Assembly (NCBI GenBank): GCA_963809485.1
Contig: CAWEJX010000004.1
Coordinates: forward strand, 64,001 to 128,000
Reading direction: 5' to 3'
Source of the DNA: an uncultured Acidobacteriota bacterium
GTDB lineage: Bacteria; Acidobacteriota; UBA6911
Length of the DNA: 64,000 bases
Part shown: positions 19,928 through 30,510 of the stretch, piece after piece
How the letters are laid out: each line of letters begins with the position of its first letter
Numbering within the stretch: position 1 is the stretch's first letter
Notes under the pieces: model-generated
Told to the model about the DNA's origin: nothing
What the model saw: only the letters and a program-made list of their open reading frames with translations
Databases searched by the model: none
Position numbers and translations under genes: made by a program

Positions 19928-20980
19928 ATGCATATTCCGATCATCCGGACATCATTTCTTGCGGGCCTTGCGATGTTCATGGCGATTGCCGCCGCGAACT
20001 CCGGCGATGGGGAGGAGATCCCGCCTTCGCTGGAAAAGCGGCTCGAGGCGATTGAGAAGAAGGTCGACGCCGCTCAATACACCTTCGACCAGATCCTCAA
20101 GCGCATCGACGACGTGCTGTGGTTTGAGCGTGTCGGCGACCTGGCGTCGGTGGACAAGGTTTACATCACTTCGCAGCCCGATCCGAAGGGTGAAGAAACC
20201 TACGGCATCAAAAACGAAAGGCACCCCTTTAAAATCTGGACCTACCTCTTCGTGCCCAGGAATCTCGACCGCTCGAAAAAAGCGCCGCTGCTGGTCCTGC
20301 CGCACGGGGGCGTGCACGCGGACTTCACCACCTACCACACCCACATTGTCCGCGAGCTGATGGACCTGGGATACGTGGTGGCGGCGCCCGAATACCGCGG
20401 CTCTACCGGATACGGCAAGGAATATCAGCAGGCCATCGACTACGGCGGGCTCGAGATCGACGACAGCATCGCCGCCCGCGACTGGGCTGTCGAAACGCTG
20501 CCCTTCGTCGATCCCCGTCGCGTCGGCATTATCGGATGGAGTCATGGCGGGCTCATCGCGCTTATGGCAGTGTTCGACCACCCGGATAAATTCCAGGTAG
20601 CCTATGCAGGGGTCCCCGTATCGGATCTTGTGGCGCGGATGGGATACTCGGACACCGACTATCGGGATGAATTCTCAGCCAAGTATCACCTCGGCAAAAC
20701 GGCCAACGAGGACGTCGAACTGTACCGCCGGCGGTCGCCTGCATGGAACGCCGAAAAACTTCGCACCCCCCTTCTCATTCACACGACCACGAACGATCGC
20801 GATGTTAATGTGATCGAGGTGGAGCACCTGATTGCCCAGCTCAAAGCAGCAGGCAAGGAATTTCAATACAGGATATACAAGGATGCTCCCGGCGGGCACA
20901 GCTTCAACCGTACGGACACAGCGCTGGCCCGTGAGTCGCGCAACGAAATTTACGCCTTCCTGGCGAAATATTTGAAGTAG
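19928..20980 (+). CDS. S9 prolyl oligopeptidase family serine peptidase, signal peptide
   Basis: PHGGVH, YRGSTGYG, GWSHGG, D.DV, GGHSF. Confidence 0.92.
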   Translation: MHIPIIRTSFLAGLAMFMAIAAANSGDGEEIPPSLEKRLEAIEKKVDAAQYTFDQILKRIDDVLWFERVGDLASVDKVYITSQPDPKGEETYGIKNERHPFKIWTYLFVPRNLDRSKKAPLLVLPHGGVHADFTTYHTHIVRELMDLGYVVAAPEYRGSTGYGKEYQQAIDYGGLEIDDSIAARDWAVETLPFVDPRRVGIIGWSHGGLIALMAVFDHPDKFQVAYAGVPVSDLVARMGYSDTDYRDEFSAKYHLGKTANEDVELYRRRSPAWNAEKLRTPLLIHTTTNDRDVNVIEVEHLIAQLKAAGKEFQYRIYKDAPGGHSFNRTDTALARESRNEIYAFLAKYLK

Positions 20981-21007
20981 GTGAATCCGGGCTTCTTCAG
21001 CAATCAT

Positions 21008-21106
21008 TAACGCTGACCTACGCTGACACTCGCTGACCAACGCGGAAAAACATATATATATTTCAGAATCAGCGTGTGTCAGTTTTTGTCGGCGTTCGTC
21101 GGCGTT
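21008..21106. repeat. Inverted arrays of CGCTGAC/CGCCGAC decamers (REP-like)
   Basis: AACGCTGACCTACGCTGACACTCGCTGAC ... TCAGCGTGTGTCAG...GTCGGCGTTCGTCGGCGTT between convergent genes. Confidence 0.65.
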
Positions 21107-21155
21107 ATAAAAACCAGCCTGTCGCTGTTTCCAGTTTACACCGTGAAGAGCAGCA

Positions 21156-22559
21156 CTATCCGGTGCGGGACAGGGATGAAAGCTGCTGCCAGATCGTGAG
21201 GGCGCCGAGCGTCCCGAACATCAGCGTCGCCCATACGAGCACCCACAGGCGGTAGGAACGGACCCGTATGGCTGCGGGCAAATGGCGCCGGTTGATGACG
21301 ATGAGGAGGACGGAGTAAAGGCACATCATCGTCCCGCCCACCGACGCCGAGATGATGAGAAGCGCCATCGGCTGGGCGAGGCCGGAGATCAGAATCGCGC
21401 AGCCGATCGCCACGAGTCCCCACACAAGAATGAAGTAGATACGGCTTTCGGATATTTGCGCGGCCGGCAGATAGGTGGACTTCACGATATCCGCCGCCAG
21501 GCGGCTGGTGTAGTCGATGACACCCATCGCGGCTCCGAACAGGGAAAACGCGCCGATGGCCCAAAAGAGAACCCCGAACCAGGGCGCTACAATGCTCTTC
21601 AGGCGCTGACCCTCGCTCTGCAGGAAAGCAACGTTGTTGGGCAATCCCGGCTGGCCGAAAAGAACCGAGTGCGCCAGCATCGACGTGAAAACGATCGTAA
21701 CCACGGTCATCAAAAAGAATGTCAGCGTCTGTTCCACGTTGGCGAAGCGCCACCAGCGCCGCCAGCGGGCCATATTCGTCTCATCCGGCTCGAAAATGTA
21801 GCTTAACGGCACCGGGGCCGCTTCTTCAGTACCTGTGACGGGGCTGACGATGCGCGGCACATATTTTCCCATTCCAAATCCCTTGTCGCGTATCCAGTTG
21901 CTTTGGCAAAGATTCTGACCTCCGCCGGCTCCTGCGAAAGCCACGGCGCTGAGGAGCAGCGCGAATCCGAGTTCCGCCGGGAATTTCCCGAAACCTGCGA
22001 CACCCGCAGGCAATGCCGCCCAACTGTCCTTTGTAATGGCAAAGACGATTGCGAGTACAACCAGTACCCCAACGGCGGCGACCTTTACAAAAATGATCCG
22101 CTCGAGCGCAATATACACGACAGGCGCGAGCGTAAGCGCTGCGCCGATGACCAGGAGCCCGATGACGGCAATAAGCGCCGGACTGCCGCCCCCGAAAAGG
22201 TAGGTTACGAGCGTGGCCGAGCTCAGCGCCCACCCCGGCCATAGGTTTGCGAAATAGACCATGATGGCAAGCAGAAGCCCCCAGTGCTTCCATATCCGGT
22301 TGAAGCCCGTCATCGCGGTCTCGCCCGTGGCAAGCGTATATCGCTCAATCTCCATGTTGAGAAAAAGCTGGGTACCGGCCCCGACCACGGCTCCCCACAG
22401 GAATATCAGACCGACCTGCGAAGCGATGAAGGGCCACAGCACAAATTCGCCCGATGAAAGGCCGACGCCGGCTCCCACGATGCCGGGTCCGACAATACGC
22501 CAAAGGTTTGCAGGAGGAGCAGGCAGATCACGAACGGTGCGGGATTCATGTGTCGGCAT
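21156..22559 (-). CDS. Nramp-like (APC superfamily) membrane transporter
   Basis: VGPGIV..G..LSSGEF.LWP, EIERYTLATGE, AFAGAGG; about 11 hydrophobic segments. Confidence 0.8.
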   Translation of the reverse strand: MPTHESRTVRDLPAPPANLWRIVGPGIVGAGVGLSSGEFVLWPFIASQVGLIFLWGAVVGAGTQLFLNMEIERYTLATGETAMTGFNRIWKHWGLLLAIMVYFANLWPGWALSSATLVTYLFGGGSPALIAVIGLLVIGAALTLAPVVYIALERIIFVKVAAVGVLVVLAIVFAITKDSWAALPAGVAGFGKFPAELGFALLLSAVAFAGAGGGQNLCQSNWIRDKGFGMGKYVPRIVSPVTGTEEAAPVPLSYIFEPDETNMARWRRWWRFANVEQTLTFFLMTVVTIVFTSMLAHSVLFGQPGLPNNVAFLQSEGQRLKSIVAPWFGVLFWAIGAFSLFGAAMGVIDYTSRLAADIVKSTYLPAAQISESRIYFILVWGLVAIGCAILISGLAQPMALLIISASVGGTMMCLYSVLLIVINRRHLPAAIRVRSYRLWVLVWATLMFGTLGALTIWQQLSSLSRTG

Positions 22560-22657
22560 AGTTCGCCCATATTACTCCAAATCATGTACGCACGACCGCA
22601 ATTCGGGGAGAGCGTCTTATGGTTGCAGGGTTTGCGGGATTGATTCCAGATCCGTAG

Positions 22658-23551
22658 CTATGAATTACGGTGGGGATTGATTTCAGGCGAACCGCCGGAA
22701 TCGTCGCGAAACAATTTCTCGAAAAGCTCGACCGATCCCGGTGCGTACCCGGCATAGTGGTTGTTGAAGTAAACATAGACGGGCTTCGCGGCGGCCAGCA
22801 GGCTTTTTATGGGCGGGATCCAGGCCTTCATCTGTTCCGCGCGGTCCACGATAAGGCTTTCCCAGGAGCGTTTCCGCCGGCCCTTTTCCCGGGCTTCCTG
22901 GACAGCCGCGTCCATCTGTTTGCGGTTGCCGAGGAAGCGCATGTATGCAAAAGGCGCCGTAAAAACCTCTTTGCGGTGGGCCAGCTTGGGAAGCGGATCC
23001 ATGGTGTAGTAGTCGATGAAAACCAGGGAGATGTCGCGGCTGCGCAGGATATCCAGGAGGGCAGGCTGAACCCACCGGGAATTTCGAATCTCTATCGCCC
23101 ATTTGAATTCCCGCGGAAGCAGGCCGGCGAAACCTCTGAGGCGGCGGATGAAATCGGCCCCGGTCGCATACTCTTCCGGCGACTTTCCTTTGGCGACATA
23201 CGGGAACTGCAAAACAAGCGGTCCAAGTTTTTCCCCTAATGCCGACATGACGGATACGAATTCCTTGAGCTCGGCCTCGCATCCTTCCAGATATTTTTCG
23301 TGGCTGATCACCTGGGGAACTTTGGCCGAGAAGACGAATCCTTCGGGCGTCCTCGATCTCCAGTTCTCGACCATCTTCCGGCTTGGCATCCGGTACCAGG
23401 TGCTGTCAATTTCCACCGTTCTGAGCTTGCTTGAATACACCCGGATCATGTCTTCGGGTTCTATGGACTCCGGGTAAAAAGCTCCGCACCAGTCGGTCGT
23501 ACTCCAGCTTGAAGTACCCACAAAGAGGTTGGGTGGCAGTTTCGTGCTCAT
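22658..23551 (-). CDS. DUF72 family protein
   Basis: VGTSSW, W.G.FYP, VEIDSTWY..P, KLGP.VLQFP, YFNNHY.G. Confidence 0.92.
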   Translation of the reverse strand: MSTKLPPNLFVGTSSWSTTDWCGAFYPESIEPEDMIRVYSSKLRTVEIDSTWYRMPSRKMVENWRSRTPEGFVFSAKVPQVISHEKYLEGCEAELKEFVSVMSALGEKLGPLVLQFPYVAKGKSPEEYATGADFIRRLRGFAGLLPREFKWAIEIRNSRWVQPALLDILRSRDISLVFIDYYTMDPLPKLAHRKEVFTAPFAYMRFLGNRKQMDAAVQEAREKGRRKRSWESLIVDRAEQMKAWIPPIKSLLAAAKPVYVYFNNHYAGYAPGSVELFEKLFRDDSGGSPEINPHRNS

Positions 23552-23556
23552 ATTTT

Positions 23557-23604
23557 GGGGGGACAGCCACCAGTGTCCCCCGGGGGACACTGGTGGCTGT
23601 CCCC
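23557..23604. repeat. REP-like palindrome (GGGGACAGCCACC family)
   Basis: GGGGACAGCCACCAGTGTCCCCC-GGGGGACACTGGTGGCTGTCCCC. Confidence 0.8.
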
Positions 23605-24167
23605 TAGATAATACCCTTTTGGATCAGGATCTCGAGCGCCCATCGCGCAGATTTTCCTACCACGCTCATGCATTTCGACGGATCGGAATGTCCGCCGGCC
23701 TCTTCAAACGTTTTCCAGTCGTCGGGATCCAGAAGGTTGAAGGACCGGCCGAAAAGCCTGGACTGGACCTGCGGGCACAGGATTGAGCCATATTCCTTTA
23801 AGAACCGGTCACCCAACAACCTGGCCGTCGCCATGGCTTCAGAGAGGCATTCCATACCCTCCGGAATCGGATGCGTTGCCGAGACCATGCCGGCGGGGCG
23901 GCCAAGATAATAGTCCAGCACCATGGTCCCGCCGATCACACCGCCGCAGGCGCCCGTCGTAAGACCTGCCTGGCCTCCGCACGAAGACGTGGCAACCTTG
24001 ACAACAATATCCTCAAATCCAAGGATTTCATGCAGCGCCGCCGCCGTGCACTGGGAACAGCTGCCCGAATATTTTTCGAAATTGACACCAAGCTCGAAGG
24101 CTTTCTCCAGCAGCTGTTTCTGCGACAGCCCGCGATATTTTTCCGATACCCGCTGTTTTTCTGGCAA
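23604..24167 (-). CDS. C-GCAxxG-C-C family redox protein
   Basis: SCSQC, GACGGVIG, ILCP and terminal C; start uncertain (TTG 24167). Confidence 0.8.
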   Translation of the reverse strand: MPEKQRVSEKYRGLSQKQLLEKAFELGVNFEKYSGSCSQCTAAALHEILGFEDIVVKVATSSCGGQAGLTTGACGGVIGGTMVLDYYLGRPAGMVSATHPIPEGMECLSEAMATARLLGDRFLKEYGSILCPQVQSRLFGRSFNLLDPDDWKTFEEAGGHSDPSKCMSVVGKSARWALEILIQKGII

Positions 24168-24185
24168 GAGAACCCAACCTTTCCT

Positions 24186-24233
24186 AAAAAAACAGCCACG
24201 AATTATCACCAATCCTGCAATTCGTGGCTGTTT
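24186..24233. repeat. CAGCCACGAATT-type hairpin repeat
   Basis: AAACAGCCACGAATT...AATTCGTGGCTGTTT; related arms at 5028-5071, 15419-15437 and near 41891. Confidence 0.65.
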
Positions 24234-24248
24234 CGATCCCGAAACGAA

Positions 24249-25862
24249 CTACATCAGGCCGCTGTAGAAATCATTTCCCTTGTCATCCACCAGGATGAAG
24301 GCAGGGAAGTCTTCAACCTCGATTCTCCAGACCGCTTCCATCCCCAGTTCGGGATAATCGATGCATTCGACCTTCTTGATATTTTCCTCCGCCAGCAAAG
24401 CGGCCGGCCCGCCGATAGATCCGAGATAAAAGCCGCCATGTTTTTTGCAGGCGTCGGTCACCTGTTTGGATCGATTCCCCTTGGCGATCATTATCATGGA
24501 ACCCCCGTTGGATTGCAGCAGGTCGACATAGGAATCCATGCGTCCGGCCGTGGTGGGCCCGAAGGAACCGGATGGTTTTCCCGGCGGGGTTTTGGCAGGG
24601 CCCGCGTAATAGATCGGGTGATTCTTCAGGTAATCGGGCAATAGTTTGCCCGCATCGAGAAGCTCCTTGAATTTGGCGTGGGCGATGTCCCGGCCGACAA
24701 TGATGGTGCCGTTCAGGGAAAGCTGAGTCGCGACAGGATACTTGCTCAATTCGGTCAGTATCTGTTTCATCGGCTGATTGAGGTTGATCTTGACGACACC
24801 GTGCTCGTGCTTCCCGCGGTATCGGTCGGGGATCAGGCGGCCCGGATTCGTGTCCATCTGTTCGAGCCAGATGCCGTCCTTGTTGATCTTGGCTTTAATA
24901 TTGCGGTCCGCCGAACAGGATACGCCCATACCGACGGGGCAGGAAGCGCCGTGACGCGGCAGGCGTATGACGCGCACGTCGTGAGCAAAGTACTTGCCTC
25001 CGAACTGTGCGCCGATGCCGCACTCCTGGGCCGCTTTGAGCAGCCTGGCTTCCATCGCAAGGTCGCGGAAAGCCTGGCCGCCTGCGTTGCCCGAGGTCGG
25101 CAGGTGATCCAGGTAGCCGGCTGAAGCGAGCTTGACGGCTTTAAGCGTGCTTTCGGCGCTGGTGCCCCCTATCACAAACGCCAGGTGATAGGGCGGACAG
25201 GCTGCGGTGCCCAGGGTTTTCATCTTGGCCACCAGGAATTTTCCCAGGCTCTCGGGATTCAGCAGGGCCTTGGTTTCCTGGAACAGGAAGGTTTTGTTGG
25301 CGCTGCCGCCGCCTTTGGCGATAAACAGGAAACGATATTCATTCCCGTCGGTAGCGTAAATATCGATCTGGGCGGGCAGATTGCATCCGGAGTTGATCTC
25401 CTTATACATATCCAGCCCCACAGTCTGCGAGTAGCGGAGGTTCTCTTCGGTATATGTCTTAAAAACTCCTTTGGACAGGAATTCCTCATCCTTGCCGCCG
25501 GTCCACACTCTCTGGCCTTTTTTGCCCATAATGGTGGCCGTGCCCGTGTCCTGGCAGAAAGGCAATTCAAATTTGGCCGAGACTTCCGCATTGCGCAGCA
25601 TGGCGATGGCGACGCCTCGGTCATTATTGGAGGCTTCCGGGTCTTTGAGAATCTCGGCGACCTGCTCGTTGTGCCCGGGGCGCAGCAGGAAAGAGACATC
25701 CCTCATGGCCTGGTTGGCCAGAAAGACCAGCGCTTCAGGCTCGATCTTGAGGATCTCTTCGCCATCGAGCAGGGTTGTGCTGACGAAATCTTTGGTCAGG
25801 AGGCGATAGGGCGTGTCATCCTTGGACAGAGGGAATGGATCCTGGTATTTGAATTCCACCAT
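24249..25862 (-). CDS. fumA: Fumarate hydratase class I (Fe-S)
   Basis: [37 protein letters not shown]. Confidence 0.96.
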   Translation of the reverse strand: MVEFKYQDPFPLSKDDTPYRLLTKDFVSTTLLDGEEILKIEPEALVFLANQAMRDVSFLLRPGHNEQVAEILKDPEASNNDRGVAIAMLRNAEVSAKFELPFCQDTGTATIMGKKGQRVWTGGKDEEFLSKGVFKTYTEENLRYSQTVGLDMYKEINSGCNLPAQIDIYATDGNEYRFLFIAKGGGSANKTFLFQETKALLNPESLGKFLVAKMKTLGTAACPPYHLAFVIGGTSAESTLKAVKLASAGYLDHLPTSGNAGGQAFRDLAMEARLLKAAQECGIGAQFGGKYFAHDVRVIRLPRHGASCPVGMGVSCSADRNIKAKINKDGIWLEQMDTNPGRLIPDRYRGKHEHGVVKINLNQPMKQILTELSKYPVATQLSLNGTIIVGRDIAHAKFKELLDAGKLLPDYLKNHPIYYAGPAKTPPGKPSGSFGPTTAGRMDSYVDLLQSNGGSMIMIAKGNRSKQVTDACKKHGGFYLGSIGGPAALLAEENIKKVECIDYPELGMEAVWRIEVEDFPAFILVDDKGNDFYSGLM

Positions 25863-26075
25863 GTTACTCTCTCCTTATTTTCACTTAACCATCTATGAAG
25901 AAGGGGCAAGCTGCCCGACTATTCCCGCTATTATAGGCAAACGTAATATCTCTGTCGACAACCTCGATCAAATGACCGGAAAAGGCCTTAATCTCCGGCG
26001 AACATACCGGGCCTGCCGATAGGATTCCATGGTCTGATACTGGGGATCGGTCGATGCGGTTCTGCGCGGATTCCA

Positions 26076-27083
26076 TCAGGAATTGCGGGCAGAATCCTCC
26101 GGCACAATGAACAGGGTCCGCTTCTCGAGTCCGCGCAGGATAGTAAGCTTAGAGGCAGCGCCAAGCGTGGCCTCTGTCAAAAGTATGTGCAGGTCATCGA
26201 TACCTGCAGTAGGGTTCTCGTTGTAAGCCAGCAGGATATCTCCTTCCATAAGACCGGCACGCTGCGCCGGGCTGCCGGATTCCACGGATACGACCAGTAT
26301 GCCCGTTTCCAGTGGCAGGTGGTGGAAGCGGATGACGCGCCTGGGCAGGGAGATATTCTGCCCTGCGACGCCGATGAAACCGCGGCGCATCCTCCCGTCG
26401 CGAATCAGGCGGCTGGCCACTAATTTTGCAGTATTGATCGCAATGGCGAAGCAGATCCCCTGGGCCGGAAGAATTATCGCTGTGTTTACCCCTATGACCT
26501 CGCCCCGCGAAGTGACCAGCGGGCCGCCGCTGTTTCCGGGATTCAGGGCGGCGTCGGTCTGGATGATGCTGTCGATCAGACGGCCCGAGGTTGACCTCAG
26601 CGAACGCCCCAGGGCGCTTATAACGCCCGTCGTCACGGTACACTGAAAACCGAAGGGATTGCCGATGGCAATCACCAGTTGCCCCACTTTTGCCCGTTGC
26701 GAATCCCCAAGCGAGACGGGCGCCAGGGAAGGAGCCGAAATGCGGACCACGGCCAGATCCGTATCCGGATCATCGCCGATAAGCTCAGCCTCATAGCGAG
26801 CGCCATCCGTCAACACAACCTCGATCCGCGAGGCGCCGTGGACGACATGGCTATTGGTGAGCACAAAGCCGTCCGGCGTGAAGATGAAGCCGGAGCCGCT
26901 GCCGCGGACGTCCGGTGGACGTTCTTCCTGGCTTCGCCCCGGCTTCGAAGACTGGCGGACATCGATATTGACAACGGAGGGGCTGACTTTCGCAGCGGCG
27001 GTTGTCACAGCCTGCGAATACGCGTCCAGCAGGGCATCATCGTTTGCGGCCGGCGAATGGGAATCCGGGAGCGGATTGCGCAT
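26076..27083 (-). CDS. htrA: HtrA/DegP-like trypsin serine protease with PDZ domain
   Basis: [31 protein letters not shown]; start uncertain. Confidence 0.92.
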   Translation of the reverse strand: MRNPLPDSHSPAANDDALLDAYSQAVTTAAAKVSPSVVNIDVRQSSKPGRSQEERPPDVRGSGSGFIFTPDGFVLTNSHVVHGASRIEVVLTDGARYEAELIGDDPDTDLAVVRISAPSLAPVSLGDSQRAKVGQLVIAIGNPFGFQCTVTTGVISALGRSLRSTSGRLIDSIIQTDAALNPGNSGGPLVTSRGEVIGVNTAIILPAQGICFAIAINTAKLVASRLIRDGRMRRGFIGVAGQNISLPRRVIRFHHLPLETGILVVSVESGSPAQRAGLMEGDILLAYNENPTAGIDDLHILLTEATLGAASKLTILRGLEKRTLFIVPEDSARNS

Positions 27084-27234
27084 GCTCTCCGCCCCGGACA
27101 CTCTTCTCAACAAGGATTTCCGGGCCTCATTACTCCTGCTCATAATCAAAGCATAAGATCGGGAAGACAAATTTGCCGCCGGGACGGCATATTCCAAACA
27201 GCAAGACGGCGAAGCCATGGGAATGCAATGCATT

Positions 27235-27253
27235 TACTTTATAATATAAAGTA
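27235..27253. promoter_or_regulatory. Palindromic operator TACTTTATA-N-TATAAAGTA next to a TTGACA -35 box
   Basis: Perfect 9-bp arms; TTGACA at 27255-27260; second copy at 28333. Confidence 0.8.
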
Positions 27254-27310
27254 CTTGACACAATAGTTTCACCTGTGCCAGAATCTGCCGTCATCGGAGG
27301 GCCTTGCGCA

Positions 27311-27916
27311 ATGGTGGAGCATCCTGACGTGCAGACGGCGCATGAAAATCTGCTCTATATCAGAAAAACCCTCGAGGCGGCCGGTCAATTCACGGCTGTT
27401 TCAGGCAAATCGCTGGTGGCGGCGGGTTTTGCCGCGCTGGCCGGGGCTGCCGTGAACCACTGGATTACGGGGGCGCCCTGGAATTCACAAACCGATCCTC
27501 GCCCCGCCCTGGCTGTTTGGGGAATTGTCCTCGGGGTGTCGCTGACTATCGTGCTGTTCGGCATATATCGAAAAAGCCTGCAGATGAGGACCTCGATCCG
27601 GCCGCCGCTGCTGCGCAAGCTGCTCTGGAGCCTGTGCCCGGCTCTTTTCGTGGGCGCTTTGCTTAGCGTCCTCGTTGTCCGGTCGGGCAGCCTGGATTGG
27701 CTGCCGGTCGTATGGCTGGGTTGCTACGGAGCGGCTGTCGCCAACGGCGGTCTGGTGTCCGTGGCGCCGATCCGCTACATGGGGTTGTGTTTTCTGGCGG
27801 CTGCAGCAGGCGCAGCACTGTCGCCGAGAGAGGCAGGATTGGGTTGGCTTGCCCTGGGGTTTGGCTGGCTGCATATCGTCTATGGCGCGTATATCGCCAG
27901 GAGGCACAATGGCTAA
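27311..27916 (+). CDS. Hypothetical membrane protein (about 6 TM)
   Basis: ENL.YIR.TLE.A..FTAVSG N-terminus, hydrophobic helices, GFG.LHI.YG; overlaps the regulator start. Confidence 0.8.
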   Translation: MVEHPDVQTAHENLLYIRKTLEAAGQFTAVSGKSLVAAGFAALAGAAVNHWITGAPWNSQTDPRPALAVWGIVLGVSLTIVLFGIYRKSLQMRTSIRPPLLRKLLWSLCPALFVGALLSVLVVRSGSLDWLPVVWLGCYGAAVANGGLVSVAPIRYMGLCFLAAAAGAALSPREAGLGWLALGFGWLHIVYGAYIARRHNG

Positions 27917-28292
27917 GAAGGGCAAAGCAAAGCATCCTTCCCCCAACGAGCTGGATCCTTTGATCCACGAACGCCTGCGCCTGGGAATCCTCTCCACGCT
28001 GGCAGTGCAGGAATCCATCTCCTTCACGGAGTTGCGCGACCTCCTCCAGACGACCGACGGCAATTTAAGCGTCCAGGCACGCCGGCTGGAATCTGCCGGC
28101 TACGTGACTTGCGACAAGAAGTTTGAACGCCGAAAACCCAAAAGCACGTATCGCCTTACCCCTGCGGGGAGGGCAGCCCTTGAGCAATATCTCAAGACGC
28201 TCGCCGACCTGCTACCGGATCTCGCCCGGGTGCGAAGCCCGGGCGAGCGCGCGCTGCGCGCCAAAATAGACCCTCTCCTGTCCGGTATTTGA
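27909..28292 (+). CDS. Winged-helix transcriptional regulator (ArsR/MarR-like)
   Basis: LDPLIHERLRLGILS.L, SFTELR, TDGNLS..ARRLE.AGYV, YRLT..GR.A. Confidence 0.9.
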   Translation: MAKKGKAKHPSPNELDPLIHERLRLGILSTLAVQESISFTELRDLLQTTDGNLSVQARRLESAGYVTCDKKFERRKPKSTYRLTPAGRAALEQYLKTLADLLPDLARVRSPGERALRAKIDPLLSGI

Positions 28293-28332
28293 AATTGCCG
28301 GGGCATCCGGTCGGAGGAGAGGTGCATACGGT

Positions 28333-28351
28333 TACTTTATATTATAAAGTA
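28333..28351. promoter_or_regulatory. Second copy of the palindromic operator, upstream of uppS
   Basis: TACTTTATA-T-TATAAAGTA, 21 bp before the uppS ATG. Confidence 0.8.
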
Positions 28352-28372
28352 CTTTTTCAATGGAGATTTCCT

Positions 28373-29089
28373 ATGAATCCTGTAAATCATCTGGCGGTGA
28401 TAATGGATGGAAACGGCCGTTGGGCCGAACAGAGGGGCCTGCCGCGATGGAAAGGTCACGAAATGGGAGTGGTTGCCATCAGGCGGCTTTCGGAGGCGGC
28501 ACGCAAGCGGGGAATCCCCGTAGTGACTGTTTTTGCCTTCTCAAGCGAGAACTGGAAGCGGCCCGAGGAAGAAGTGCGCATTCTCTTCGAGCTTTTTCGG
28601 CGCTACCTCCGGGAGGAGATGGAAAACCTGCTGCGAAACGGTATCCGCATCTCCGCCGTCGGGAGGCGCGACCGCCTTCCCGAGGCTGTACGCGAAGCTC
28701 TTTCTGCCGCGGAGGAGGCGACAAAAAACTGCAAGCGGCTTCATCTGCGCATCGCCCTGGACTACGGATCGCGGCACGAAATAACCGAGGCTGCGCGCTC
28801 GATTGCCCGCGATGTGGCGCAAAGAAAACTGCGGCCGGAAGAAATAACGGAAGATTTTTTTTCCAGAAGCCTCACTTCCGAAAGCCTTGCGGATCCCGAT
28901 CTCATTATACGGACGGCCGGCGAGCAACGCCTCTCAAATTTCCTTCTGTGGCAGGCGGCGTACTCCGAGCTCTACTTTTGCGCCAAGATGTGGCCTGATT
29001 TCGGGGAATCCGACCTGGATGAAGTGCTCGCGGACTTCAGCTCGCGAACACGCAAGTTTGGCGCCCTTGCAGGAGGGAGTGCCCGATGA
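28373..29089 (+). CDS. uppS: cis-prenyltransferase (undecaprenyl diphosphate synthase-like)
   Basis: HLAVIMDGNGRWA, FSSENWKRP, DLIIRTAGEQRLSNFLLWQ.AYSE. Confidence 0.93.
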   Translation: MNPVNHLAVIMDGNGRWAEQRGLPRWKGHEMGVVAIRRLSEAARKRGIPVVTVFAFSSENWKRPEEEVRILFELFRRYLREEMENLLRNGIRISAVGRRDRLPEAVREALSAAEEATKNCKRLHLRIALDYGSRHEITEAARSIARDVAQRKLRPEEITEDFFSRSLTSESLADPDLIIRTAGEQRLSNFLLWQAAYSELYFCAKMWPDFGESDLDEVLADFSSRTRKFGALAGGSAR

Positions 29090-30510
29090 AGGTTAAAATG
29101 ATTCTACCTGCTCTGACCGAAGCCAAAGGCCCATTTTGGCGCCCGATCAAATACAGCCTTTTTCCTCCGCTGGGACTCGCCACACTGGCCGGCTACCTAA
29201 ACCCCGAGGACGAGGTCTCGATTCACGACGAACATGTGGAGAGCATTTGCACGGAGGACCATCCGGATCTGGTCGTCATTCAGGTTTACATCACCTCGGC
29301 CTATCGTTCCTACCAAATTGCCGACAGCTATCGCCGCAGAGGAATCTATGTCTGCCTGGGCGGGCTGCACGTGACCTCGCTTCCAGGGGAGGCTGCAGCA
29401 CATGCCGACAGCATCTTCCTCGGCCCCGGTGAGGATACCTGGCCTGCCTTCCTGGCCGACTACAAGGCGGGCGCGCCGCAGAAGGTTTACCGCTCCACCC
29501 GGCGCAGTCTGATCAACGCGCCGAGTCCGCGCCGCGACCTGATCCAGCGCTCTCTTTACCTTGTGCCCAACTCGATTGTGGTCTCGCGCGGATGCCCTCA
29601 TCAGTGCGATTTCTGCTACAAGACCTCTTTCTTCGGGTCCGGCCGCTCCTTCTATACCCAAACGGTCGACCGTGCCCTGGCTGAGATTGAGAGTCTGCCC
29701 GGCCGGCACCTGTATTTTCTGGACGACAATCTGTTCGGGAGCCGGCAATTCGCCCGCCAGCTGTTCGACGGCATGCGCGGCATGGGCCGCATTTGGCAGG
29801 CCGGCGGAACGGTCGACGCGGTCCTGGCCCCCGGGCTGATCGAGCGGGCTGAGCGCTGCGGGCTGCGCAGCCTGTTCGTCGGCTTCGAGACCCTGAATCC
29901 GGACAACCTCAAAGAGCAGGGCAAATTTCACAACCTCAGGGACTACGGGGAAGCCGTGCGCCGGCTGCACGGTCTGGGAGTAATGATTAACGCCAGCTTT
30001 GTTTTCGGGATGGACGGGGACGACCCGGGAGTCTTCGAGCGCACGGTGGAATGGGCCGTCGATCAGGGAATAGAGACCGCCACTTTTCACATCCTGACAC
30101 CGTATCCCGACACGCCGCTCTTTGAGCGCATGCAGTCAGGCGGGCGGATAACCAGCTTTGACTGGAACCGCTACGACACGCGGCATGCGGTGTTCACGCC
30201 GCGGCGGATGTCGGCCGGAGAACTGGAAGCCGGCTACCGCCGGGCCTACCGGGAGTTCTATTCCTGGTCCAACATCCTGCGCTCCACAGCCCGCCAGGAA
30301 GGCCTTATGGGCGAACTGCGTCATTTCGCTTACAAGACTGCCTGGAAGAAGTTCGAGCCTTTCTGGGATGCGGTAATCCGCCTGAAGCGCCTCTCCAACT
30401 TCACGCCCATGCTGGAATCGCTGCTCTCCAGCCGGCCCGCGCCGGCGGCGGAAAATATGGGGGAAAATATGGGGTCGGATCACGTTTATTTGCGGGATAA
30501 TTACACTTAG
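29086..30510 (+). CDS. B12-binding domain radical SAM protein
   Basis: PPLGLATLA, GGLHVT, SRGCPHQCDFC, FLDDN, GFET; ATGA overlap with uppS. Confidence 0.92.
   Translation: MKVKMILPALTEAKGPFWRPIKYSLFPPLGLATLAGYLNPEDEVSIHDEHVESICTEDHPDLVVIQVYITSAYRSYQIADSYRRRGIYVCLGGLHVTSLPGEAAAHADSIFLGPGEDTWPAFLADYKAGAPQKVYRSTRRSLINAPSPRRDLIQRSLYLVPNSIVVSRGCPHQCDFCYKTSFFGSGRSFYTQTVDRALAEIESLPGRHLYFLDDNLFGSRQFARQLFDGMRGMGRIWQAGGTVDAVLAPGLIERAERCGLRSLFVGFETLNPDNLKEQGKFHNLRDYGEAVRRLHGLGVMINASFVFGMDGDDPGVFERTVEWAVDQGIETATFHILTPYPDTPLFERMQSGGRITSFDWNRYDTRHAVFTPRRMSAGELEAGYRRAYREFYSWSNILRSTARQEGLMGELRHFAYKTAWKKFEPFWDAVIRLKRLSNFTPMLESLLSSRPAPAAENMGENMGSDHVYLRDNYT

Noticed and set aside
23604-24167. Further Sec or Pyl recoding in C-GCAxxG-C-C, URO-D-like or other redox genes
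   Set aside because: These ORFs look complete with Cys codons, and I found no in-frame continuation or hairpin after their stops.
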